A stretch of DNA of 64,000 nucleotides from an uncultured Bacillota bacterium (GTDB taxonomy: Bacteria; Sysuimicrobiota; Sysuimicrobiia; Sysuimicrobiales; Segetimicrobiaceae), in the NCBI GenBank assembly GCA_963804645.1, contig CAWDRG010000011.1, positions 1 to 64,000 of the forward strand, written 5' to 3'. The position numbers and the translations under genes are program-made. Below the pieces are notes generated by a model, which saw nothing but the letters and a program-made list of their open reading frames with translations, ran no database searches and was not told where the DNA came from. Below are positions 18,014 through 26,833 of the stretch, piece by piece; position 1 is the first letter of the stretch, and the number at the start of each line of letters is the position of its first letter.

Positions 18014-18152
18014 GTACAAAGTGTCACCGATGTCTCCGGGCTGGACCTTTCCGGGACGCGCGGATCCCTGCATTCATATCGAAGGAATCATCGCTGCGTC
18101 GCTTCCTCGGTGAACCACCGCGAGTCCGGCGTCGCTCTCGGCGACAGGTGAG

Positions 18153-18904
18153 TTAGCTCATGAGCAGGCCGCCGTTCACATGGATGGTTTCTCCCACGAT
18201 GAAGCTCGCCGCGTCCGTCGCCAGAAACGCGACCACGTCGCCGATCTCCTCGGGGCGGCCGATGCGACCGACTGGAATGCTCTGCCGCTGTCGGGCCGCC
18301 GCCTCAGGACTGACAGAGGTCCGCTGGAACCCCGTGTCGATCGGGCCCGGCGACACGGCCAACACGCGGACCCCGTGAGGCGCGAGCACGCGCGCCAACC
18401 CGCGGGTCAGCGTCGAGAGCGCGCCTTTCGCCGATGCATAGCCGAAGATGGTGTCCGAGCCTCCGAGGTTCGCCGTGGTCGAGAGGATGTTGATCACGAC
18501 ACCGCTCCCGCGTTCGATCATCGCGGGCGTGAGGCGCTGGCAGAGATAGAGAGGAGCGCGGTAGTTCAGGTTGAAGACGAGATCCAGAAACGCGGGGTCG
18601 AGCGCTCGCCAGGGGATCCGCCGAAGCGGTGTGCCGGCGTTGTTCACCAGAATATCGATCGGCGCAAATGGCTGGCCTCCTGGGCGAGACGGTCGACGTT
18701 CGCGGCTACGGTCAGATCGCCGTCCAGCACGCATACGCGGCCGCCGCACGCCTCGACCTCCGCAGCGACGGCCTGCGCCCGCGCGACGTTGCGATGGTAG
18801 TGCAAGCACACGCTCGCGCCGCGTCTAGCAAGCGCGCGCGCAATCGCAGCGCCGATATCGCTCGTGCCACCGGTGACGAGCGCAGTGCGTCCGTGAAGGT
18901 CCAT
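18153..18904 (-). pseudogene. SDR oxidoreductase, -1 frameshift near 18668
   Basis: ALVTGGTSDIG in one frame; IDILVNNAG, YASAK, GRIGRPEE in the next; one extra T in CATTTG joins them. Confidence 0.85.
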
Positions 18905-18942
18905 GCGGTCGTTCCCCGTGCCGAGATCCGACGGACCTGTCC

Positions 18943-19263
18943 TCATACTCGAACGCGCTCCCCAATCCGCACTTCACGTTCCAAGAGGGCATGGGTCGCG
19001 AGATAGTCACCGAACATCCCCTGAGGAAGTTCCACCCCCGGCAATTCGCTCTGCCAATAGATACCATGCTCATACGGGTACGCATTGGCGGCCTTGCCCG
19101 GGCCCCCAGGCACACGGAGATCAGCGTACCGCTCGCCATCCGGATTCAGGACACGCATCGTACCCCGGCCGTCAACCGGGCAGTTGAAGAGGCCGGTCTT
19201 GACGAGCTTGCCGTTCCAAACAACCTCGCGCGGCACGCCCACGTGGACCGACACGACTCTCAT
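18943..19263 (-). pseudogene. Truncated, degenerate MOSC (YiiM-like) gene
   Basis: MRVVSVHVGVPREVVWNGKLVKTGLF...ADLRVPGGPGKA..AYPYEH...FGDYL; stops before the conserved CxK-type cysteine region. Confidence 0.7.
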
Positions 19264-19483
19264 GACTTTCGCCCTCCATTGGACCTGACGTGCTTGCGCA
19301 GTCGCAACGGGCGAGAATCCCTGTTGCGTTCTGTGCGCTCCGGTCCAGTCCAAACGTCGCCAATCATGTGCTCCACTACCAGGCGATGGCGCAGTGATTC
19401 CACGTCAGCCCCGCCTGGGCGGTCCGCAATCACGGCGGTCCCCTCAGTGCGATCGAGGATCGCAACCGCCGTGGAAGAGAGCC

Positions 19484-20278
19484 TTACCGAGTCACTTGCG
19501 AGGCCGCCAGCAGTGCTTGCCCGCGCGGATCGTTGATGCTGATGACTTCCCCCGTTGTATCGAGCGTCAGCAAGTGAAGAATCAACTGGGCCGGCCGCTC
19601 CGGCGGAAGCAATTGCCCGCTCGCGTGCGCAGCCCGGAACCGGGCCACGAGCGCTTCCCCCATCACCGCGGGGTCACTGGCTCGTACCTCGGCATTCATC
19701 ACCGTATCAACCCCGCCGGGTCGAACCGCATTGACGGTTACCCCCGTCCCGGCGAGTTCGGCCGCGAGGTTGACGGTCAACATTTCCAAGCCCGCTTTGC
19801 TGACCGAGTAGGCGCTGGCGCGAAGCATGCCGGTCCCGGATGCGGCCCCGGTACTGACGTTCACGATCCGTCCCCACCGGCGGGCAAGCATGCTGGGCAA
19901 GACGGCCTTGATGCACCAGAAGGCGCCCGCCAAGTTCACGGCCAAGGCGCGGTCCCAGGCGGTGGGGTCGATCTGCACCGTTGGACCGAGTGGAGCCACT
20001 ACGCCCGCATTGTTGATCAATATGTCGACCGGCCCGAGCGCCGCCTCGATCTCCTTCATAGCATCCGTGATTTTCGCCAGGTTGGCCACGTCGGCCACGA
20101 CGGCGTGGCTTGGTGCGCCGGAGACCGCGAGGCGGGCGGCCACCTCCTGCACCTGGTCGTCGGAGCGCGCCACCACAGCAACCGCAGCGCCTGCGCGGGC
20201 CAACGCGGCCGCCGTGGCCGCGCCGATCCCCCGTCCACCACCCGTGACAACCGCAACCCGCCCAGTGAACTGTGACAT
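19484..20278 (-). CDS. SDR oxidoreductase (copy B)
   Basis: VVTGGGRGIG, LINNAG, YSVSK. Confidence 0.9.
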   Translation of the reverse strand: MSQFTGRVAVVTGGGRGIGAATAAALARAGAAVAVVARSDDQVQEVAARLAVSGAPSHAVVADVANLAKITDAMKEIEAALGPVDILINNAGVVAPLGPTVQIDPTAWDRALAVNLAGAFWCIKAVLPSMLARRWGRIVNVSTGAASGTGMLRASAYSVSKAGLEMLTVNLAAELAGTGVTVNAVRPGGVDTVMNAEVRASDPAVMGEALVARFRAAHASGQLLPPERPAQLILHLLTLDTTGEVISINDPRGQALLAASQVTR

Positions 20279-20825
20279 CTGCATGTCCTCCTCAACTGGC
20301 AAATGACGTGCGCGTCATCATCAGTCATCGAGCAGCGGCGCGCCTCGCTTGCCCGGACGACTACAACCCGCCGCCGTTGCGCAGAACCGCCGTCTGCGTT
20401 CACCGCTCCGACTCTCCACGGCATAACGCGCGTGGGCCGGGCACCGATGCCCGAGCCGCCGTGGCAATTGGTAGCTCGTCCGGCTGTGCCTATTGCGCGG
20501 GTGCGCGACCGTTCGACCCGCCTACTGCCCGTTGCCGTCGCCTTGCGCGTTCCCCTGCCTGGTCGGCTGGACTTTGGATCGCGCCATCCATCGCGGCCCC
20601 GATTCCGCTGCCATTGTCCAGATCGTCCTGGACCAACGCGGCCCCGTTATCATTGCCACCACCGTCCCCATTGTCAACACGGTTTACGCACCGCCCACTA
20701 CCTTCCACAGCCGATCCGCGTCATCGTCTCCTCGAGTCTTTCGGTGCGCGTGCATCCTAGTTGCTACAGGACGAAATCGTAGGCGCCGTCGTTGACGGTT
20801 CTTTCGCGAAGTTCTCTGTTTGCAG

Positions 20826-20975
20826 TCACGGCGCGGACGTGTGATGTGGTGCCGAGACGGTCGGGAACGGCTCCTCGACCGTCTTGTCGATGAACAGCGG
20901 CGAGCCAAGATACCAGACGATCGGTGCCAACAGCACGGCCAAGACGACAATCAACCACCACAACCTTCTGCGCAT
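20826..20975 (-). CDS. 49-aa membrane peptide resembling the N-terminal anchor of DM13 proteins (fragment?)
   Basis: GAGGAG RBS, then MRRRLWWLIVVLAVLLAPIVWYLGSPLFIDKTVEEPFPTVSAPHHTSAP; below ORF-track cutoff. Confidence 0.55.
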   Translation of the reverse strand: MRRRLWWLIVVLAVLLAPIVWYLGSPLFIDKTVEEPFPTVSAPHHTSAP

Positions 20976-21060
20976 CGTCGGCTCCTCTCGGCGGTATCAT
21001 CGGCAGGGAGGGGCCAGGGATCGCCCTTCCCTGCCGTACCGCGGGCTCCGTCCGCGCCGC

Positions 21061-21531
21061 TCAGTTCTGAACCAAGGGCTGAACCAATGGCGCACTGCCG
21101 AACACCACGTGGAACTGCTTGCAGTAAATCACAACTGACTTGAAGTTAGAGAGGTCGAACCCCGCGGGCAACGCGTAGTTCTGGTTGCCGATATTGCCCT
21201 TCAGCCGGCCCACTTCAAAGTCCCCGGCTGCCGAGAGCCCTGCGCTGTTGCGCGGAGAGGCATTCCCCGACAGATACACGTAGAGGTTCGGCCCGTTCGT
21301 GGACTTGAAGTTCTCCAGACGCACGACTTCGCTGCCGTCAGCTAACCGATACACACTGGCGGTACCGTTGACGTGGTGGATCGGGTCGATCGCGCCGCCG
21401 AACTGTCCCTGTTCCACCAACGTGGCTTGCGCCGCTTGCACCTGCCCGACGATGAGCGCGCAGAGCTGGAAGGCCATGCCCACAGCCACCATCACACCCG
21501 AAGCAACAGCGACGAACCTGTTGCGATTCAT
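21061..21531 (-). CDS. Exported DM13-domain protein
   Basis: Signal peptide; HHVNGTA, NGPNLYVYLS, LKGNIGNQNYALP, SVVIYCKQFHVVFGSA. Confidence 0.85.
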   Translation of the reverse strand: MNRNRFVAVASGVMVAVGMAFQLCALIVGQVQAAQATLVEQGQFGGAIDPIHHVNGTASVYRLADGSEVVRLENFKSTNGPNLYVYLSGNASPRNSAGLSAAGDFEVGRLKGNIGNQNYALPAGFDLSNFKSVVIYCKQFHVVFGSAPLVQPLVQN

Positions 21532-21658
21532 TCCCGCACCTCCGCACAATGGATTGGCGAGGTGTTCTCGCCTCGATGTCCTGCTGATCCTATAGTCTCA
21601 TCGCCGCCCCATTCGTTACGGCCGCGATCGAACATCGCGATCGCTTGCGAAGAGAACC

Positions 21659-22456
21659 TTACCCATACCCGCTGCACGGCGCCGCCAGCAGTGCTTGCCC
21701 GCGCGGATCGTTGATGCTGATGACTTCCCCCGTTGTATCGAGCGTGAGCAAGTGAAGTATTAACTGGGCCGGCCGCTCCGGCGGAAGCAGCTGCCCGCTC
21801 GCGTGCGCAGCCCGGAATCTGGCCACGAGCGCTTCCCCCATCACCGCAGGGTCGCTGGCCCGAACCTCGGCGTTCATCACCGTATCCACCTCGCCGGGCC
21901 GGACCGCATTGACGGTCACCCCCGTCCCGGCGAGTTCGGCCGCGAGGTTGACGGTCAGCATCTCCAAGCCCGCTTTGCTGACCGCGTAGGCGCTGCCGCG
22001 AAGCAGGCCGGTCCCGGATGCGGATTTGGCGCTGATATTCACGATCCGTCCCCACCGGCGGTCGAGCATGCTGGGCAAGACGGCCTTGGTGCACCAGAAC
22101 GCGCCCACGAGGTTGAGGGTCAGGGTGTGCTGCCAAGCGGTGGGATCGACCTGCACCGTTGGACCGAGTGGAGCAACTGCTCCCGCGTTGTTGATCAATA
22201 TGTCGACCGGCCCGAGCGCCGTCTCAATCTCCGCCATGGCATCCGTGAGTTCATCTAGATTGGCCACATCGGCCACGACCGCACGGCTCTTTGCGCCGTC
22301 GGCCGCGAGACGGGCAGCCACCTCCCGAACCTGGTCGTCGGAGCGCGCCACCGCTGCAACCGCAGCGCCTGCGCGGGCCAACGCGGCCGCCGTGGCTGCG
22401 CCGATCCCCCGTCCACCACCCGTGACAACCGCAACACGACCGTCGAACTTTGACAT
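21659..22456 (-). CDS. SDR oxidoreductase (copy A), close paralogue of 19484-20278
   Basis: VVTGGGRGIG, LINNAG, YAVSK; C-terminal half nearly identical to copy B. Confidence 0.9.
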   Translation of the reverse strand: MSKFDGRVAVVTGGGRGIGAATAAALARAGAAVAAVARSDDQVREVAARLAADGAKSRAVVADVANLDELTDAMAEIETALGPVDILINNAGAVAPLGPTVQVDPTAWQHTLTLNLVGAFWCTKAVLPSMLDRRWGRIVNISAKSASGTGLLRGSAYAVSKAGLEMLTVNLAAELAGTGVTVNAVRPGEVDTVMNAEVRASDPAVMGEALVARFRAAHASGQLLPPERPAQLILHLLTLDTTGEVISINDPRGQALLAAPCSGYG

Positions 22457-23197
22457 CCGTATGCCCTCCCCACCTCGCAGGTAACGTGCGCGTCACAAGC
22501 AGGCATCGATCCGACTCGCGTCCCGGCCCTGCCGGGGGCTCGGGGATCCCTCGCCGTCGCGCGGAGCGGTGTCTGCTTTCGCCGAGGCGATACTCCGCGA
22601 CAAGCGCGGGTGCCCCGGGCACCGATGCCCAAGCCCCCCCGGTCTATTGCTACTACTGGTGCTGGTCCGTGGACCGCAGGTACGCGGGCACGCCCCCGCT
22701 GTCCTGACTCATCGCAGCGTTCCGGGACTAATGTCCGCGGAGTATGGCCGCAGCGCGGGACGGGTACGACGGGTCCGTGTTGCCGCGCGCAAGCGTCGCG
22801 GACGCCCCAAGCGCGAGAATACCTCCAGAATCGCCGCAAGCCACCATCTGTCGCATCGCCTTTCGTCCTTCCCGCGAATCCTCCAGCAGTACGATATGCT
22901 CGATAATGTAGTCTAAGTTTGGCCGCTACGCATTACAGATCCTCAGACCCGCCTTTGCGGAGACCCAGGTGGGGACGCGTTGGGACCAACCCTGGCACCC
23001 CCCCCGCTCGTCAACTGTAACGATCGAGACTCTACCGAGACTACACGCGTGGGATGGTTCGGCATCCACAATCCCCAGGAGTCGCGTGGGTTGCCATGGA
23101 ACGAGTTCACGTCCGTGACTACCGCTGGCGAAGGTTGCCAGTCGCGACTACGCCTGACCGTTCCGACTCAGAATACTTTCGTTCGGGAGAGCCTGCA

Positions 23198-23869
23198 GTG
23201 GCCGACGAGGAAGCGCTCCGTAGCTTGGAAGCCATCCATCGGCCCGAGCCCGAGAGCAAGCTTGTCGCTCGGCTTCGCGCCGGTGACGAGATAGCCTTCA
23301 TGACCCTGACAGACCGACATTACGCGGCCATGCTCCGGCTGGCCTCGGTCCACCTCCCCAGGGGCGTGGCCGAAGACGTGGTCCAGGACACCTGGGTAGG
23401 AGTGCTCCGCGGAATCGACCGTTTCGAAGGCCGCAGCACGCTCAAGACCTGGATCTTCAATATCCTCATGAACCGGGTGAGAACCCAGGTGCACCGCGAG
23501 AGCCGCAGTGTACCCTTCTCCGCGCTACGGGACCCAGCGATGGAATCGGAACCTGCGGTGGATCCCAGTCGGTTCCGCGGCGCGGACGATCCGCGGTGGC
23601 CGCACCGTTGGGCGACGCCACCCAAGAGTTGGGGGGATTCCCCCGAGGATCACCTGCTATCCAAGGAGGCCGGGGCGCAGATTCAGCGGGCGATCGAGGG
23701 ACTGCCGACGGGTCAGCGCGAGGTCATCACGCTGTGCGATGTCGAGGGATGGGACGCGGCGGAGGTGTGTCAACTTCTTCAAATCACGCCCAATAATCAG
23801 CGGGTGCTGCTGCATCGGGCTAGATCGAAGGTGCGGCACGCGCTCGAAGAGTACCTCGGAGAAGGGTAG
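23198..23869 (+). CDS. ECF RNA polymerase sigma factor
   Basis: AEDVVQDTWVGV..FEGRSTLKTWIFNILMN (region 2); LPTGQREVITLCDVEG..EVCQLL..NQRVLLHRARSKVR (region 4). Confidence 0.92.
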   Translation: MADEEALRSLEAIHRPEPESKLVARLRAGDEIAFMTLTDRHYAAMLRLASVHLPRGVAEDVVQDTWVGVLRGIDRFEGRSTLKTWIFNILMNRVRTQVHRESRSVPFSALRDPAMESEPAVDPSRFRGADDPRWPHRWATPPKSWGDSPEDHLLSKEAGAQIQRAIEGLPTGQREVITLCDVEGWDAAEVCQLLQITPNNQRVLLHRARSKVRHALEEYLGEG

Positions 23870-23873
23870 CGGC

Positions 23874-24131
23874 ATGATGCGCTCAGAAGAGATGCCTTGT
23901 CAGGAACTTGTCGAGGTGGTGACAGAATACCTGGAGGATACGCTCCCCCCGGCGGACAGGGTTCGCTTCGAAGAACACCTCCAGCAGTGCCCCCCGTGCA
24001 GGGTCTATCTGGCGCAGATGCGTCAGACGATTCAAGCGCTAGGCAGACTACCCCAAGAAGCGATCTCCAGGGACGGCCAACGGGGCTTGCTCCAAGCGTT
24101 TCGCAACTGGAAGAAGGAACGACGGCGGTAG
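23874..24131 (+). CDS. zf-HC2 zinc-binding anti-sigma factor (soluble)
   Basis: MPCQELVEVVTEYLE...FEEHLQQCPPC (C..HxxxCxxC), directly after the ECF gene. Confidence 0.88.
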   Translation: MMRSEEMPCQELVEVVTEYLEDTLPPADRVRFEEHLQQCPPCRVYLAQMRQTIQALGRLPQEAISRDGQRGLLQAFRNWKKERRR

Positions 24132-24383
24132 CGCAGCGTCCGACCCCGGGTCCGTCCCATATCAGATGTCGCTGAGTGGGCAGCGTTGGCGGGAGGATCA
24201 AGACGGCGAAGGCTCTCACGCGAGCTCGGCCTTGATCGGCGTCGCACGGGTGGGACGCGCACTCGCGCAGGGATCCGGATTCTTCGCTCCTTGGTCGGCA
24301 TCGTCTGGTGTCGTCGACAAAACCGCTCCGTGGCAGGGAACGGACGGGACCGCACAGGTGCCCGGCCGCGAAGGGAGAGCATC

Positions 24384-25361
24384 ATGCCGGAAGATCTGAG
24401 CACGAAGGGTCCGCGGATCGGAGAGGTGTTTCCAGACGTGAGGTTGCCCGACCAGACCGGCACTCTGATCAGTCTACACCAAGCACGCCGCCATCAACGT
24501 GCGCTGGTTGTATTCTACCGAAGCGCTCGCTGGTGACCCTACTGCAAAACGCAGCTCGTGGAGCTGCGCGGAATCGCGGACGATCTTGCCCGCGCCGGCA
24601 TCGCGCTCTTTGCGGTCAGTTATGACTCCGTAACCACACTCGCTTCCTTCGGCGCCAAGCACCGGATCACGTATCCCTTGCTCTCTGACGAGGGGAGCCA
24701 AACGCTCCGCCAGTTGGGGATGGTCGACGATGACTTGGACCGCCATGCCGCAGAGTTTGGGCGTGTCATACGGGACGACCAGCGCGGTGTCGCCTATCCG
24801 GCAGTCCTCGTACTCGACCAGGACGGAATCGTTGTCGAGAAACGTCTCCATCGCAACTATCGCATCCGAGACACGGGGACCGGGCTCCTTGAGGCTGCGT
24901 TGCAGATCGCAACTCCCGCCCGTGGCCTGGAGGCCGCGGCACGCGATGGCACCATCCAGGTCCGTGCCCATTTCGATGCGCCCGTGTACCGGCCGTACCA
25001 GCAACTGCGAATGACTCTAACGCTCGAGATTGCGGAGGGCTGGCACGTGTATGCCGAACCCGTTCCACCCGGATACACTGCACTGTTCGTAGAGATCGAG
25101 CCGGTCGCCGGGCTCGAAGTGGAACCGGTCACCTGGCCCATTGGTCGCAGCTTCCGAGTGACCGGCCTCGGGGAGGAATTTCGAGTACTTGATGGCACAG
25201 TGCGCGTAACGGTCCCGGTAACGTTCGCGGCCACCGCCGGAAGAGGGGACGTCACGGTGGATGTCACCATACGCTATCAAGCTTGTAGTCAGACCCTGTG
25301 TCTTCCACCGGCCATCGTGCGGTGCCGTCTTCCGGTCCGAGAGGCTCCCTTAGCGGAATAA
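24384..25361 (+). CDS. Selenoprotein: AhpC/TSA peroxiredoxin-like domain (UxxC) fused to DsbD N-terminal-like domain, 325 aa
   Basis: ORFs 24186-24536 and 24558-25361 share a frame, separated only by TGA 24534-24536 in VVFYRSARW-U-PYCKTQL; SECIS-like hairpin follows; C-terminal IAEGWHVYA...YQACSQTLCLPP. Confidence 0.88.
24550..24568 (+). promoter_or_regulatory. Bacterial SECIS-like hairpin
   Basis: CGCAGCTC-GTG-GAGCTGCG perfect 8-bp stem with G-starting loop, 13 nt after the in-frame TGA. Confidence 0.75.
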
Positions 25362-25538
25362 CCGCGCGAGCGAGAGTCAAAGGGTGTGGAAATTCAAGTG
25401 GCGTACCCTTTCCGAGATCCACCACAGCGGAACTCCTCCCTGGCCGGGGAGGGGAAGAGTACGCCAGTGCCGGCATACCAGCCGCCCCGGGTTGGACAAG
25501 GAGGAAGTACGCGCGACGCTGGATGTCCTCGCGCGTGA

Positions 25539-26006
25539 AGGCGCACGATCGACGTCTCCCCGACTCTGGTCCAGACACTCCTCGGGTTCCCCGCCGGTGA
25601 CGATCCGGAACGTGATTACGTCTTCCGCTCGCAGGCGGGCGGGCCGCTCGATCCCGACAACCTGGACCGGGCCTTCAAGCGGCACCTCGTGGCGGCCCGC
25701 GTGCCCGACATCCGGTTCCACGATCTGCGGCACACCCACGCCTCGCTCCTCATCGCCGCGGGCGTGCACCCGAAGGCGATCCAGGCGCGACTCGGGCACA
25801 CGTCGATCACGACTACGCTCAACCGGTACGGGCACCTGATGCCGAACGCGTTCTCCGGGGTGGGAGAGCGGCTCGACGCGCTACTCAGCGGGGGGCGAAC
25901 AAGAGATGAAGACGGCCCCATTCCGGCCTCGGTCCACGTCCCGGTTAAGGCACGTGGAAGGCACGAGACGCGGGAGCCGAAATCGGCGATCGTCGCAAAC
26001 CCTTGA
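25539..26006 (+). pseudogene. Tyrosine integrase C-terminal remnant
   Basis: RRTIDVSPTL..DYVFRSQAGGPL..IRFHDLRHTHASLL..QARLGHTSITTTLNRYGH; N-terminal part missing (stop at 25536). Confidence 0.9.
25941..25966 (+). repeat. Putative integrase arm-type sites (right end)
   Basis: CCGGTTAAGGCACGTGGAAGGCACGA, matches 635-660. Confidence 0.7.
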
Positions 26007-26012
26007 TAAATA

Positions 26013-26089
26013 TGGTCGGGGCGGTCGGACTTGAACCGACGACCTTCTGCTCCCAAAGCAGACGCGCTACCAAGCTGCGCCACGCCCCG
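26013..26089 (-). tRNA. tRNA-Pro (TGG), CCA encoded
   Basis: CGGGGCGTGGCGCAGCTTGGTAGCGCGTCTGCTTTGGGAGCAGAAGGTCGTCGGTTCAAGTCCGACCGCCCCGACCA folds as a cloverleaf. Confidence 0.97.
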
Positions 26090-26142
26090 ATCCATGCACA
26101 TCCTTACTTCCCGTCAGAGCGAGTATACACCGCCGCGGCGTT

Positions 26143-26709
26143 CTACGGCTTGGCTGCCGGCGCGGCGGGCGGCTCTGGCTCCTCCACCTCGGCTGCGGAC
26201 CGCAACGCCCGAACCATTTCATCCAGCCCCTGCTGCGCCTGATCGGGAATGCCTCCGACAAACGGCAACAGCAGACCGGAGAACTGTTCGTCCGCGGTCA
26301 GGTGCACCCGGCCCGCGCCTAGGTCGTCGATCGTGAAGGTCAGCGTACGTGACACGCCCAACAGGCTCCCGCCCCAGCTCAGGACGTGGTTCGGCGTCAC
26401 GCTCAACACGGTGACCTCTACCTCCGCGGTTTGGCCGCCCGCATGAAGCTCCAAGTCGAGCGTCTCGCCCGCGGCGATCCGGCCCGTCGCCGGATAGATG
26501 TAGGGGTTCCACCGCGGGTAGCCGGGCAGGTCGGTCAGCAGCGTCCAGACCACGTCGACCGGTGCCTGAATCTCCACGTCGGCCTTCGCGTCGCGGTGGG
26601 TACTCAGCGCCGGGAGGTTGAACAGGTTGAACGACTGCCCCGTCACCAGCGCCGCCGCGAGCACCAGCCCCTGCAGTGCCGTCGAGATGCCGCGCCGTAC
26701 CCGCCCCAT
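26143..26709 (-). CDS. SRPBCC (polyketide cyclase/dehydrase-like) domain protein with N-terminal signal/TM
   Basis: VEIQAPVDVVWTLLTDLPGYPRWNPYI...EQFSGLL. Confidence 0.8.
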   Translation of the reverse strand: MGRVRRGISTALQGLVLAAALVTGQSFNLFNLPALSTHRDAKADVEIQAPVDVVWTLLTDLPGYPRWNPYIYPATGRIAAGETLDLELHAGGQTAEVEVTVLSVTPNHVLSWGGSLLGVSRTLTFTIDDLGAGRVHLTADEQFSGLLLPFVGGIPDQAQQGLDEMVRALRSAAEVEEPEPPAAPAAKP

Positions 26710-26833
26710 CAGGGAGCACCCGCGCGGCCGGCGCGACCCGACCAGGCCGCCCCGCGGGCACGCGGCGAGGAACCTTGGGGCGCGGTGCGGAAATGGGGCC
26801 GGCGGGTCACACTCCGACCATGGAGCGTCTCGA

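Larger units (their letters stand above)
11621..18047 (+). mobile_element. IS481-family element (possibly hybrid ends) hosting nested insertions
   Basis: Left end with intron removed, TGAACGGCCTGAG|ACATAGGTAACAGATTGTACCGGACACATGGGTAACACTT, is an imperfect inverted repeat of 17994-18047 (AAGTGTTACCTATGTCTTAGGTACAAAGTGTCACCGATGTCTCCGGGCTGGACC); transposase at 16831-18013. Confidence 0.75.
455..26058. mobile_element. tRNA-Pro-integrated genomic island (~25.5 kb), integrase degenerate
   Basis: 46-bp direct repeats at both ends, tyrosine integrase fragment next to the tRNA, paired AAGGCACG repeats at both ends, IS-rich cargo. Confidence 0.9.

Noticed and set aside
11610..18060. Target-site duplication flanking IS481
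   Set aside because: No matching direct repeat at the two tips, and the tips differ (TGAACGG vs GGTCCAG).
20490..20708. 72-aa Asp/Gly/Asn-rich ORF
   Set aside because: No clear RBS or motif; cannot be distinguished from a chance ORF.
23010..23045. TGTAAC-N16 ECF autoregulatory promoter
   Set aside because: Single occurrence; I found no second copy upstream of neighbouring genes to support it.
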